A stretch of 45,536 bases of DNA from a virus (taxonomy: Duplodnaviria; Caudoviricetes), in the IMG/VR virus record IMGVR_UViG_3300043394_000603, positions 1 through 45,536 of that record. One strand, 5' to 3'. Each line of letters begins with the position of its first letter. Positions within the stretch are counted from its first letter, which is position 1. Below, one piece after another: positions 1-9,600 of the stretch. Position numbers and translations under genes: made by a program. The notes beneath the pieces are model-generated. The model was given only the letters and a program-made list of their open reading frames with translations, made no database searches and was not told the origin of the DNA.

Positions 1-2
1 AC

Positions 3-143
3 TACCACTTGGTCGATCTCACCGAAAACTCCTGCACTTGTTCTGGCTTTCAATTCCGCAAAGAGTGCTTCCACATCCGCTACCTCTGTAAACTCTTGGG
101 CGTCGAAACGCCGAAACCGAACAACCAACCAATAGCAGCATAG
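3..143 (+). CDS. 3' end of a SWIM-type zinc finger protein (partial)
   Basis: Frame 3 reads YHLVDLTENSCTCSGFQFRKECFHIRYL...AA* with a CxC-x8-CxH SWIM pattern; not in the ORF track. Confidence 0.65.
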   Translation, partial: YHLVDLTENSCTCSGFQFRKECFHIRYLCKLLGVETPKPNNQPIAA

Positions 144-180
144 GGGCTTTTTCTTTTTCGGGGTTTGTCCATAACTTTTT

Positions 181-208
181 TTGAACGCCGCGCCCACATC
201 GTGGTCAA
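181..208 (+). promoter_or_regulatory. ECF-sigma-like promoter TTGAAC-N17-GTCAA
   Basis: GAAC 183-186, GTC 204-206, ATG at 216; same spacing as nine other copies. Confidence 0.7.
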
Positions 209-215
209 AACATAT

Positions 216-530
216 ATGAATAGCACACCAGAAACAGACGCCATGCTGCACGATTGCGGCGATGCGCGGCGCGAGCTTCAACTGCTGCTTGAAAGCACGA
301 AAGTCGAAACATGCTCCGAGCCACTTCCAGAAAGGGACGGCGAACCTGCTGATTTTTCTGGAGCAATAAGGCGCATGAGGTTGGCAGAAGCAGAGCGCGA
401 CCAATGGCGCGAGTGTGCGGAGCGTATAAGCAAGGCCTTAAGGTGTCCGTGCAACTTTGATGAGCGCACTTGTGATCGGTGCGAGGAACTTAAAGAAGAA
501 TTTAATCGGCTGAAAGGAGAAACAAAATGA
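216..530 (+). CDS. hypothetical phage protein; C-terminus paralogous to 527..820
   Basis: ATG follows the promoter motif; ends ERDQWRECAE...EFNRLKGETK. Confidence 0.7.
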   Translation: MNSTPETDAMLHDCGDARRELQLLLESTKVETCSEPLPERDGEPADFSGAIRRMRLAEAERDQWRECAERISKALRCPCNFDERTCDRCEELKEEFNRLKGETK

Positions 531-820
531 GCGAGATACTAGCACGCAAATTCCATGAGTCCTACGAGCGTCTTGCTCCTGCGTTTGGTTACGACACAAG
601 AAATGAGACGCGCACGTTCGATCCGCATTCTGCAAATGGGCGTTTAATGATTGCCGTGTGCGCGGAGGTTGTCGGGTGCGTGGAGGGCTTGGAGCGCGAG
701 CGAGATAAATGGCGTGAATGCGCGGAGCTATTTGTGAACAGCTTATGTCGCCCCAAGGGCGATAGCCCAACAGCGAAAGCGTTTGCCGAGTTTGAGCGGC
801 TAAAAGGAGAAACGAAATGA
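527..820 (+). CDS. hypothetical phage protein
   Basis: AAGGAG SD, ATGA overlap; ends ERDKWRECAE...EFERLKGETK. Confidence 0.75.
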   Translation: MSEILARKFHESYERLAPAFGYDTRNETRTFDPHSANGRLMIAVCAEVVGCVEGLERERDKWRECAELFVNSLCRPKGDSPTAKAFAEFERLKGETK

Positions 821-1029
821 GCGACACCTGTCCAAAATGCGGATCAGTAATGGTCGAAAAGCCGCCAGAGCAAATCTATTGCAGCTATCCTCCGCAGTGG
901 GACTCCATCATGTGGTGCGGATGTGGCCACACCGAAGATCGCGGAAGGGTCTACGGTAAAACCCCGCAAGAATACCTCCGCGAGACATGGGAAAATATTA
1001 ACAAGCTGAATAAAGTCTATGGGCAATAA
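817..1029 (+). CDS. small zinc-ribbon protein
   Basis: CPKC...CGCG motifs, SD, ATGA overlap. Confidence 0.7.
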   Translation: MSDTCPKCGSVMVEKPPEQIYCSYPPQWDSIMWCGCGHTEDRGRVYGKTPQEYLRETWENINKLNKVYGQ

Positions 1030-1130
1030 ATCAGAATATTTTGAACTAGAGATAGTATTCACTATGCTGTTTTGGCTCATTGTGCTTCTCTTGTTGAAGC
1101 AGCTTCCGACTCCAGAAAACCAACAAAATC

Positions 1131-1994
1131 ATGTTGATCACCAATACATTCAATCTCCCCCAGCCGTTCGTTGACTTGGTTAGCGAGTCTCCGTATTCGG
1201 CGGGGGAGGCTGATATCACTACTACTAGTCTATTTCAACCCCCGAAAATTCGGGAGTTGATGCGGCGTCATGGGGATACAATCACTGAAGACGCTTCGGA
1301 TCGGGTGTGGACGATGATGGGGACTGCAAACCACTATGTTCTAGAGCAGATTGCCAAGAGAAATCCCGAAAGATATGTCTGCGAGGAACGATTCTATTTA
1401 ACAGTGGATGGCGTGAAACTCGGAGGCCAGATCGACCTCTATGACAAGCAGGAACAAATCCTCTATGACTACAAGGTGAGTAGCGTCTACAAGGCCATGA
1501 GTGATGACCGATTTGAGTGGACGGCACAGGCGGCGGTGAATCGTCTGCTGCTGGAACACAATGGTTACCCAGTTAAACGCGCAGCTATCATCTTGGTAAT
1601 GAAAGATTGGCGGTTGCGGGATTCCAAGATTAAGGCCGACTACCCGAAGTGTCCTGTGGTGGAAATCAAGCTGGATGCATGGAAGCCCGAAGAAACATTT
1701 GCATATATCAAAAGTCGGATTACACTCCATCAGCAAGCCAAAGACCTTCCCGATGACAAGATCCCGATCTGCACCGAAGCCGAACGCTGGAGCAAGCCAA
1801 CCACCTACGCCGTCCTCCCGAAAAAGGGAGCGAAACGTGCCGTTAATGGAGGGATCTTTGAATCTCGGTCTGAGGCTGAAGAGCTTTCAAGAAGAATCAA
1901 CGGTGTTGTTGAAGAACGGGCGGGATCGCATCCGCGCTGTGAGGACTTTTGTCGCGTTAAACAATACTGTCAGTTCGGAAGAAGTTTAAAGTGA
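1131..1994 (+). CDS. PD-(D/E)XK (Cas4/RecB-like) exonuclease
   Basis: GTANH, E...GQIDL...DYK motif, Q...Y-type motif region, C-terminal C...CEDFC...C cluster. Confidence 0.85.
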   Translation: MLITNTFNLPQPFVDLVSESPYSAGEADITTTSLFQPPKIRELMRRHGDTITEDASDRVWTMMGTANHYVLEQIAKRNPERYVCEERFYLTVDGVKLGGQIDLYDKQEQILYDYKVSSVYKAMSDDRFEWTAQAAVNRLLLEHNGYPVKRAAIILVMKDWRLRDSKIKADYPKCPVVEIKLDAWKPEETFAYIKSRITLHQQAKDLPDDKIPICTEAERWSKPTTYAVLPKKGAKRAVNGGIFESRSEAEELSRRINGVVEERAGSHPRCEDFCRVKQYCQFGRSLK

Positions 1995-2149
1995 CGCCAG
2001 AACAATTAGAGCTATTGCTCAAATACATTGATCTTCGGACGAGTCGAGCAGCGGATCTTCCCGAAGGAATAGGATTTGCATATACGGACGAAGAAGCAGA
2101 TATTAGGCAAGATCTAAGAGACACATTTAACCCTATACAAAACCTATGA
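1991..2149 (+). CDS. small hypothetical protein (52 aa)
   Basis: GTG start overlapping the previous stop, and its own stop overlaps the next ATG; fills the gap exactly. Confidence 0.55.
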   Translation: MTPEQLELLLKYIDLRTSRAADLPEGIGFAYTDEEADIRQDLRDTFNPIQNL

Positions 2150-2382
2150 AAAAGAAATTCAGCAAAACAGTAACCAACCCCGATACGGGGAGGAAGAAAA
2201 CCGTGAAATACGGAGAGAAGGGGAGTAAGATCGGCCCTATCGGTAGCCCCCGCGCCGATGCCTACTGCGCCCGTAGTAACAAAATCAAAGGTGATTGGCG
2301 GTCTGACCCTAATTCACCGAATAAACTTTCCCGCAAAAAATGGGGTTGCAGTGGAAGTAAATCAATTAAGAAAGGAAAATAA
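2146..2382 (+). CDS. small basic conserved phage protein
   Basis: Lys-rich; YCARS...WGC motif typical of aquatic phage hypotheticals. Confidence 0.75.
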   Translation: MKKKFSKTVTNPDTGRKKTVKYGEKGSKIGPIGSPRADAYCARSNKIKGDWRSDPNSPNKLSRKKWGCSGSKSIKKGK

Positions 2383-2386
2383 TACT

Positions 2387-2524
2387 ATGAAGAAAAAAGG
2401 ACTATACGACAATATCAACAAACGCAAAAAGACTGGCACTAGCCGACCGAAAAGCAAGTCAACAATCGACCCTAAAACCTACGCCAAAATGAAAGCAAAA
2501 AAAGGAGGATTTAAACAAAAATGA
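2387..2524 (+). CDS. small Lys-rich phage protein
   Basis: MKKKGLYDNINKRKK...; start reassigned to ATG 2387. Confidence 0.65.
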   Translation: MKKKGLYDNINKRKKTGTSRPKSKSTIDPKTYAKMKAKKGGFKQK

Positions 2525-2736
2525 AAAGACACCCAGAAGATAGAATCTATGAAACAAAAAAATTCATCAATGAACTTTCAAAAGTTCAAGACCGCAAGTT
2601 TAATAAGCTTGTTAAAAAGCTTGGGCTTACAGAGAGAAACGCTGATTTTCTTTTTGATTACATCTATAACGAAACGAGAGACATCAGCTTTGGTGAGTAT
2701 CTTGATGCATCGTATCAATTGAACGATGTTGACTAA
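2521..2736 (+). CDS. hypothetical protein
   Basis: ATGA-coupled ORF in a gene run. Confidence 0.65.
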   Translation: MKRHPEDRIYETKKFINELSKVQDRKFNKLVKKLGLTERNADFLFDYIYNETRDISFGEYLDASYQLNDVD

Positions 2737-2771
2737 CGGCGACATTCATAAATGTTGTCGAACGCCGACAA

Positions 2772-3557
2772 ATGAAGCTTAACATTTTCACTATAGTCCT
2801 TGATGGTTCTCCTTGGATTGGAGCACAATTTGCGGAGCTATCAAGACTGCGTGAATTTGATTGGCACTGGTCAATAGTTGAGGGTGCAACAAAGCCAGTA
2901 AACGATACGGCTTGGATGGGAAACCAGATGGGAAGAGTGAGTCACGATGGAACGCATCAGTTCATACAATCATTAAAACACCATCCAAGAATCACGGTAA
3001 ACAGCAAGTCAGAGTGGGGCGGAAAGACAGAGATGATTAACGCCGCACTAACAGTTTTCAAAGAGGATGGGATATTGCTCCAGATGGATAGCGATGAGAT
3101 TTGGACAGCCTATCAGATGGCCCATTTACGCCGAATATTTATGCACAATCCAGAATGCAATACTGTTAAAGTAAAAATGGACTACATGCTTGGGCCAAAT
3201 GTAATATCAACATCGAAAGACGGTTATGGAAACAGAGCAAATGAGTGGGTCAGGGCTTGGCGTTATAACGTTGGAGAGTGGATGGAATGCCACGAACCCC
3301 CAGTATTCAATGGCAACAGAGAGCGAATACTTGCACGAGACGAATCAGAACAACTCCTTGGACGCATCCTCCACATGGCATGGGTGGCTCCACAGCAAGT
3401 TTCCCAGAAGCAACGTATATACAAAGGTGGATACGAAAACGCCATAGATTGTTGGGATAAGTTACAGAACAACGAAAAATGGCCAGTAAAAAACCTTAAA
3501 ATCCTTCTGCCTTGGGTTGGCAATAATGCCAGCGCAGATTTGTTGTTTGACTCATAG
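2772..3557 (+). CDS. GT-A fold (GT2-like) glycosyltransferase
   Basis: IVEGA, SHDGT, LLQMDSDEIW (DxD) and HEPP motifs. Confidence 0.75.
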   Translation: MKLNIFTIVLDGSPWIGAQFAELSRLREFDWHWSIVEGATKPVNDTAWMGNQMGRVSHDGTHQFIQSLKHHPRITVNSKSEWGGKTEMINAALTVFKEDGILLQMDSDEIWTAYQMAHLRRIFMHNPECNTVKVKMDYMLGPNVISTSKDGYGNRANEWVRAWRYNVGEWMECHEPPVFNGNRERILARDESEQLLGRILHMAWVAPQQVSQKQRIYKGGYENAIDCWDKLQNNEKWPVKNLKILLPWVGNNASADLLFDS

Positions 3558-3575
3558 GTAGAAGTGAGCTAATAT
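3547..3575 (+). promoter_or_regulatory. sigma70-like promoter of the structural block
   Basis: TTGACT-N17-TAATAT ending 10 nt before ATG 3586. Confidence 0.55.
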
Positions 3576-3585
3576 TCTAGGGAAA

Positions 3586-4560
3586 ATGTCAGCCCTTACC
3601 CTTGGTCTTTGCGTAGAGAGGCTTCCGTCCTCTGTAATTCCCCAGCCAGATCCTCCCGATTTGGAAGGGTTTGACGCGCAGGGTGAACTCCGTAATAACA
3701 TTAACCGTTTTTTGGAACGTGTCCTGAGCGAAGGCAAATGGGAAGGAACGGTTGTCCAAGCCCTCATTACCGCTTACGAAGATTCGATTGGAAATAAATT
3801 TATTACATTGCCGCGCCATCTTGAAACCTGTTTGCGTGGCGGTAGGCTGGGATACAAAACCATTGCGACACAGAGTGAGTGGTATCAATATCTTCCGCAG
3901 GGGCGCGGGATTAGACGGGCCGATCAAGCCTACTTTGGCCCAATTCAAGACATGGGCGGCGGGTTTGTAACGTTTCGGGACATTTTAACACCATCCCAAT
4001 TGACACTTTCTTCTTCTCAGACCGAAGCGTCTGGTGCGTTTATCGTTATTCGCGGCAAGGACGCCAACGGAGACAAGATTTATTCCACTGTTGAAGGCGC
4101 GGTTATTGAAGGAATCCGATTGGACATGGCTTCTGGGACACAGACAACCAGCCAAACCTTTTCTGAAATTTACGCTGTCGAGAAAGAAGTAACCAAGGGG
4201 CTTATCTCTGTTAGTGCGGGAGCGACAACGATTGCTGTTTATGAACAAGGAGAGCGGGTTGTCAGCTATCGTCGTTACATGGTGGATAAAAACTGGGATA
4301 GCGTTCAGGGTGTTTTCAAACGCCGTCATTGTTGGGCCATCAGCGAAAACGATCCTCTTTATCCAGACAACCTTGAAGCAATCAAGCTTGGATTAATGGC
4401 CTTGAACGCCGAAGACAAATCTGATATTGAACGCAGTCAATACTATATGGATCGCGCCATTTTACTTCTCAATGCAGACCTTAAAGAATATAACGCAGGG
4501 CAAGAGGGGACAATGCAGATTGCGCCTTGGCTAACCCGACGAATTATAAACATTACTTGA
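3586..4560 (+). CDS. putative virion structural protein (adaptor/tail-tube-like)
   Basis: 324 aa, helical termini with a beta-rich middle; first gene of the block preceding ejection-type proteins. Confidence 0.5.
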   Translation: MSALTLGLCVERLPSSVIPQPDPPDLEGFDAQGELRNNINRFLERVLSEGKWEGTVVQALITAYEDSIGNKFITLPRHLETCLRGGRLGYKTIATQSEWYQYLPQGRGIRRADQAYFGPIQDMGGGFVTFRDILTPSQLTLSSSQTEASGAFIVIRGKDANGDKIYSTVEGAVIEGIRLDMASGTQTTSQTFSEIYAVEKEVTKGLISVSAGATTIAVYEQGERVVSYRRYMVDKNWDSVQGVFKRRHCWAISENDPLYPDNLEAIKLGLMALNAEDKSDIERSQYYMDRAILLLNADLKEYNAGQEGTMQIAPWLTRRIINIT

Positions 4561-4561
4561 T

Positions 4562-5542
4562 ATGACTGAAGAAGAGCGCAGACAAACGGCATCACGGGCA
4601 ACTTCTACTCTTGGTAGGAATTTGGCTGTTAGTGGATTTGGGAATCCCACGGGATATACACCCCCGCCGCCTCGCTCAATTTTTGGAGAATCCGCCCAGC
4701 AGTCTTTTCAAGATTTTTCTAGACTGCAAATGCCTCCTATCCAGAATATTCCTCTTGGAAACACTGTTCCAGTTTTTCCAGATAATTACAATCAGGCAAT
4801 GACCGATAGATATAGAGCCCCGTCTGCTATGGTTTCTGGGATTCGTGATACAACTTCTGATTTCGGGATTTATGGTAGTGCGGCACAATTAGGATCGGGA
4901 CAAACATCACCGATGGCTCCAGTTACAAATGCTATTTCCTCTTTTGGAAGTCCATTAGCACCCCGAATCGAAAGAATTGAAAGCCAATACGGAACGGCTT
5001 CCACAACACTTACTCCTGAACAACAGGTTATGAGGGCACAAGCCCGCCAACAGGCAGAACAAACTGGCACGATACCTCGCACACCAGAAGAGCAACAGGC
5101 ATTGCTTGCCCAGATAAGACAAAATACGATGGGACTAAACGCGGAAAGAACCAGAAATGTAGTGCAATCAATCCAAGACCGAAAAGAGAACACCCCTAAA
5201 TACACCACTCCAAGCGGTTCTAAAATTGTTGCTCCGACAAACAGGTTTGGCGAACCCATTCAGTCTTGGGCTAATACTTACGAAAAGAGTTCAGCCGTCA
5301 ACGAAAAGACTTTAGCGGATATTGCTGAAAAAATGAGGGGCGGAAGATCTTCAGGTCGCGCCCCATCAGCAAGCACGGCCTCAGCAAATGCAAATAATGG
5401 AGGAGTGGGTGATTTTAATTTGTTTAACCCATTTAGTGCTTTTGGTAATACAACGTTTGGCCTTCCTGCATCGGGATACGCCCCGCTAACAACTGCCAGT
5501 TTTGGTAACTCAAGTCTAAACCCAACAGATTTAACTTTTTAA
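4562..5542 (+). CDS. putative internal virion (ejection) protein
   Basis: Low-complexity S/T/A/G/Q-rich 326 aa, 1-nt spacing, position in block. Confidence 0.55.
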   Translation: MTEEERRQTASRATSTLGRNLAVSGFGNPTGYTPPPPRSIFGESAQQSFQDFSRLQMPPIQNIPLGNTVPVFPDNYNQAMTDRYRAPSAMVSGIRDTTSDFGIYGSAAQLGSGQTSPMAPVTNAISSFGSPLAPRIERIESQYGTASTTLTPEQQVMRAQARQQAEQTGTIPRTPEEQQALLAQIRQNTMGLNAERTRNVVQSIQDRKENTPKYTTPSGSKIVAPTNRFGEPIQSWANTYEKSSAVNEKTLADIAEKMRGGRSSGRAPSASTASANANNGGVGDFNLFNPFSAFGNTTFGLPASGYAPLTTASFGNSSLNPTDLTF

Positions 5543-5543
5543 T

Positions 5544-6689
5544 ATGGCTGAACCACTTACATCTTCAGACATTCAGCGTGAACGCATGGGGTTTGGAATA
5601 TCCCCAATGGCCTCGCCTGAAACCCGTAGAGCCTATGCTGCTGCGGGGCTTCAACCTTTGACAACACAAGACCGCGAACGTTTTGAGTCTGGCGGAGGAA
5701 TTTCCCCAATGGCAGGAACAGCCGAAAAAGAGGCTTGGAAAATGTCGGAATACATGGCGGGTGATCGCGAACAGGCCCCCATTGAATACGGAGGAATTGG
5801 AGATCGCCCAACGGGAAGTTCGCGCAGAGCACTTCGTATGCAAGCTCAATGGGATGAGCAGCAAAAACAAATGCTAGAACGAGAGCGACTGCAACAGCAA
5901 ATGGACATCAACATGAAACAATATGAAATCCAAGCAAGGGAGGCTGGATTAAGGCGTGATGATTTCTTTTATAAGCGCGGGTTGTCAGAGGCGGAACAAA
6001 AAATCAAAGCCGAAATTACGGCAGACGGCAGGGGCTTTATAGAAGGATTGAATGAGCTTAATCCAAAATCGGCGGATTTTCCCGAAAAATTCATAGAGCT
6101 AAGAAGCAAGTATCCGCTTTCTGCAAGAAATGAAGCCGCAAACAAGGTTGGCGAAGACTATTTTGATATTCATAAAACTTCCATGGAGGGACAGGCCAAG
6201 GCCAGCGAACTTCAAGACAAGGAAAAAGAAGAACAAGCAAGGCTTAGGGCTGAATTCGTTGAATTTGGGGTAAGTGAAGAAGATCAGCGCAATCTGCTAG
6301 ATCCCAATGCACCTGTCGGCACAGTTCGTTTTGACAGAAACGCCGCACTACCAGTTATCGCAGCCGCAAAACAGGAAAAAGAACAGGCGAGCAAGGCTGA
6401 AACCAAAACAGAAAAACAGGATCAGGACTTTACCGCCAGACTTCGCGACTACCAAAAAACGTCTGCCGCCCTTGATTCACTGGTAGATTCAATGACTGCT
6501 GGCATGAACAAACAACAAAAAAGAAACAGGATGAGAGATCCTGAGATCGTAAAAGCCATAGCCGCCGCAAGAGCAACGGCAGCGGTTTTAGATCTTCCAC
6601 AAATAGAAGCAGAGGAGGATTTGAAAAATTACAAAAAGGGCGATAGAGTTCTTGCGCCAGACGGAATAACTGTTATAACTATTCAGTAA
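5544..6689 (+). CDS. putative internal virion (ejection) protein
   Basis: Helical/coiled-coil E/Q/K/A-rich 381 aa directly before the giant protein; internal repeat PLT(S/T)xDxxR...GISPMA. Confidence 0.55.
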   Translation: MAEPLTSSDIQRERMGFGISPMASPETRRAYAAAGLQPLTTQDRERFESGGGISPMAGTAEKEAWKMSEYMAGDREQAPIEYGGIGDRPTGSSRRALRMQAQWDEQQKQMLERERLQQQMDINMKQYEIQAREAGLRRDDFFYKRGLSEAEQKIKAEITADGRGFIEGLNELNPKSADFPEKFIELRSKYPLSARNEAANKVGEDYFDIHKTSMEGQAKASELQDKEKEEQARLRAEFVEFGVSEEDQRNLLDPNAPVGTVRFDRNAALPVIAAAKQEKEQASKAETKTEKQDQDFTARLRDYQKTSAALDSLVDSMTAGMNKQQKRNRMRDPEIVKAIAAARATAAVLDLPQIEAEEDLKNYKKGDRVLAPDGITVITIQ

Positions 6690-6691
6690 TC

Positions 6692-9600
6692 ATGGCAAAT
6701 GGCAACTGGTGGGACAAATATAAAACGGTAGGCTCTTCTGCCCCTTCAGAAGAAGTTGAACCCGAAGCGAAGATTGCTGAAGCTCAAGAAACTGAAGCTG
6801 TAGCAACCGAAGGTAATTGGTGGGATAAATACAAAACAAAACCCACCCAAGATGTTTCCACAGAAGTTCAAGAGACTTCAGCGTTGCCACAGGCTGAAGC
6901 AGGAAATTGGTGGGATAAGTATAAATCCAAGGGCGCGGTTCAGCCATCGCGAGAGGACGAAGACAAAGAACTTATATTGAGTTGGGAGAATGCAAGCAAC
7001 GAGTTTAATGGCCTTCAATCTCGTTACGGGCAACTTGGCTCAAGGTTTCAAGAATTGAATCAAATTGAGGGCAGAACCCCCGAACAAGAAGAAGAATACA
7101 AAAAGACATGGAATCAGATCGTTGATACTGGTCTTTCAATACAGTCCTCGATTAAAAAGGCTCAAAAACTTCAACCACAAGTTGAAGACTATTATAATCG
7201 TCAAAAACAAAACCGCATAAACTATATTGAATCCCAAAGGGGCAGCGGCCTTTTTGGCGATGAGGTTGCGGACTCCCTTTATGATATTGATAAAAGGTCA
7301 GAAGAGGAAATAACAGCGGCTCGCCAAATAGAAGATGGCGATCAGAGGAAAAAGGCCATTGCTGATATTCAGTCAAAATATCAAGAAGAAGAAAGAAATC
7401 TTTTACAGTCCAAAATTGATGCGTTTAAAGAGCGCGAAACAAAAATTAACAATGCGGCAGAAGTTATTGGCAACGCGCTTAGCTCTGGAAAAAGGGTTGA
7501 TCAAGTGCTCTTGGAGGACATGGCCGAAATTCCTGAATATAATGAGCTTCGTGAATCGTTGATAAATCAAGAAGACCCAGAAAAAGGCAAACTTTTTCGT
7601 GAAGCGGCACTCATGTATCGCCTTGCCGAAGGCAGCACGAAGGCTGCTGTCGTTAATGGGGAAGTTAGAATTTCTCCGCTGGCCGTATGGGACGCAGATG
7701 CTATCACGAACGAAATAAACAACCTAGATGTTACCAACGCACAAAAGGCCAAGGCAATTCAGGGTATTCCTAAAATGCAAGAAGAGGCGGCGAAGGTTGA
7801 GCTTCCGTTCCTTCAAAAGGTCAGCGAGTTTAATGATTTCGTAAAAGAAAACAATCTTCAGGGCGCATCCCCCAAAGATCAAATTGCTGAATGGAAAACG
7901 CGCAACACCAATTGGACTGAATATATTACCAAAGCTCCAGCACAAGTAGGATTGGGGCTAAGGTCTGGATCACTGGGCCTTTTGGAAGCTGGGCAAACTA
8001 TTGTTGGCGCAACCGCTTCAATTATGGGGGCGCAAGATTTTGCCGATCCATTTCTTGATTCAGCATCTCAAACAAGTGAAAAAATTCAAGAGCTTAACAG
8101 GATTTCCCAAGAAATCGGTGGGCCAACCATTCTTAATGAGCTTGCCGCAGTTGCTCCGCAAATTTTATTTCAAATTGGTGTTGGTGGCGCAGTTGGCTAT
8201 GGCGGCTCCAAGCTTGGATTAAAACCCAAAACCGTCAGCAATCTTGGATTCGGATCTTCTATTGGCGCGGCATTGGGTCAGTCCTATGGGGGCGTTTTGT
8301 CTTCCGCTATCCAGCAACTTGAAAAAGAAAAAATTGACAACGGAATGGATCCAACACAGGCCAGAGCAGAAGCCGTTAAAGAGGCACAGCTTCCAGCCGC
8401 GCTTTCTGGATTGTCAACCGCCATTGTTACTATTATTGGCGGAAAACGAGGTGTTGAGGCCCCATTCCGTGGCGGCATTGACGATATAAAGGCCAAGCTA
8501 AACACTGCTGCATTTAGGGCAGAGCTTCCAAAACTTGCCCCAAATATCTTTCGCGGTATGCGAAATGAAGGGTATGAGGAATTTTTTGACCAGTTGGCTC
8601 AGGGCGTTATAGAGCAATTTAGTTTTAATCCAGATTTGTCAACCAGCGACATTGTTAATAACGCATTTAAGGCCCTTCTTATTGGCGGAATAACTGGCGG
8701 CGGGGTTGAGGGCATCAAATACGGATTTGACTTCATGAAGGCCCCGAAAGAAATGGCCCGACGCAAGGAATCCATGGCGTCAATTAGGGACAGCATTTCA
8801 AGCATTGAGGAAGAAATTTCCATGGCTGGAACAAGCTCTCCTGTTGGTTCGGAATTTCAGCGCGAATACGACATTACAACCCCCAGCGAAAAGGCGTCAG
8901 AGCTTGGTGGTGTGGCAATTAACCGCACCCGCATGACATCACTTCAATCAGAGAGGCAACAATTGCAGGAACTTCTTGAAGATCCAGCTATTAGCCGCGT
9001 TGCTCGCAATGAGCTTGAGTCAAAACTTGCTGTCGCTGATTACAATTATTACAACGACATACTTCTCAATGGTCGCGCAAATGTGCTGACAGAGCAAATT
9101 GTTGATGAGTTGGATTCTCGTCCAATTTCAGCGTCTTCACGCGATGCAATTACGGCTATAACAAAAATAGCAAACAACCTTGGGCTTGATTCGTTGACTG
9201 GTCGCGAGCGAGTTGCTGTTGGAATCACAAAAGTTGGTGAAAATCGTTATCTTCCAAGCAAGGAAAATCCGATGGTTGCCACTGACGAGCAGGGCAATGT
9301 GAACATAACCAACACTGGCAAACGGGTGGCCGAGGCGACTGGCATTGTTCCATTGACCCGCATGATTGGTCTTTCTGATCAAATGATGGCGAAACGAGAA
9401 GAACTTGCAAGGGTTGCGGAAACCCTCCGTGAAGAAGCATCAAGGCAAGAGGCAAAGGAACTAGCCGAATCAGAAGAAGCCAAACGCTATGGCCCAACAA
9501 GCGCGGAAGCACTGAAGAATCAAGTAAACTCGCTTCCAGTTTCCCCTGATGCTGAAAAGATTGACGAAAGGGTTGCACAACTTTTGAAAGAGGAGCGCGA

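Noticed and set aside
1131-1994. Cas4-like nuclease as evidence of a CRISPR system
   Set aside because: No repeat-spacer array or other cas genes; solo Cas4-like nucleases are common in phages
2718-2760. TTGAACG upstream of the glycosyltransferase as another ECF-like promoter
   Set aside because: No GTC at 17-nt spacing; nearby CGGCGACATT/AATGTTGTCG is just a hairpin
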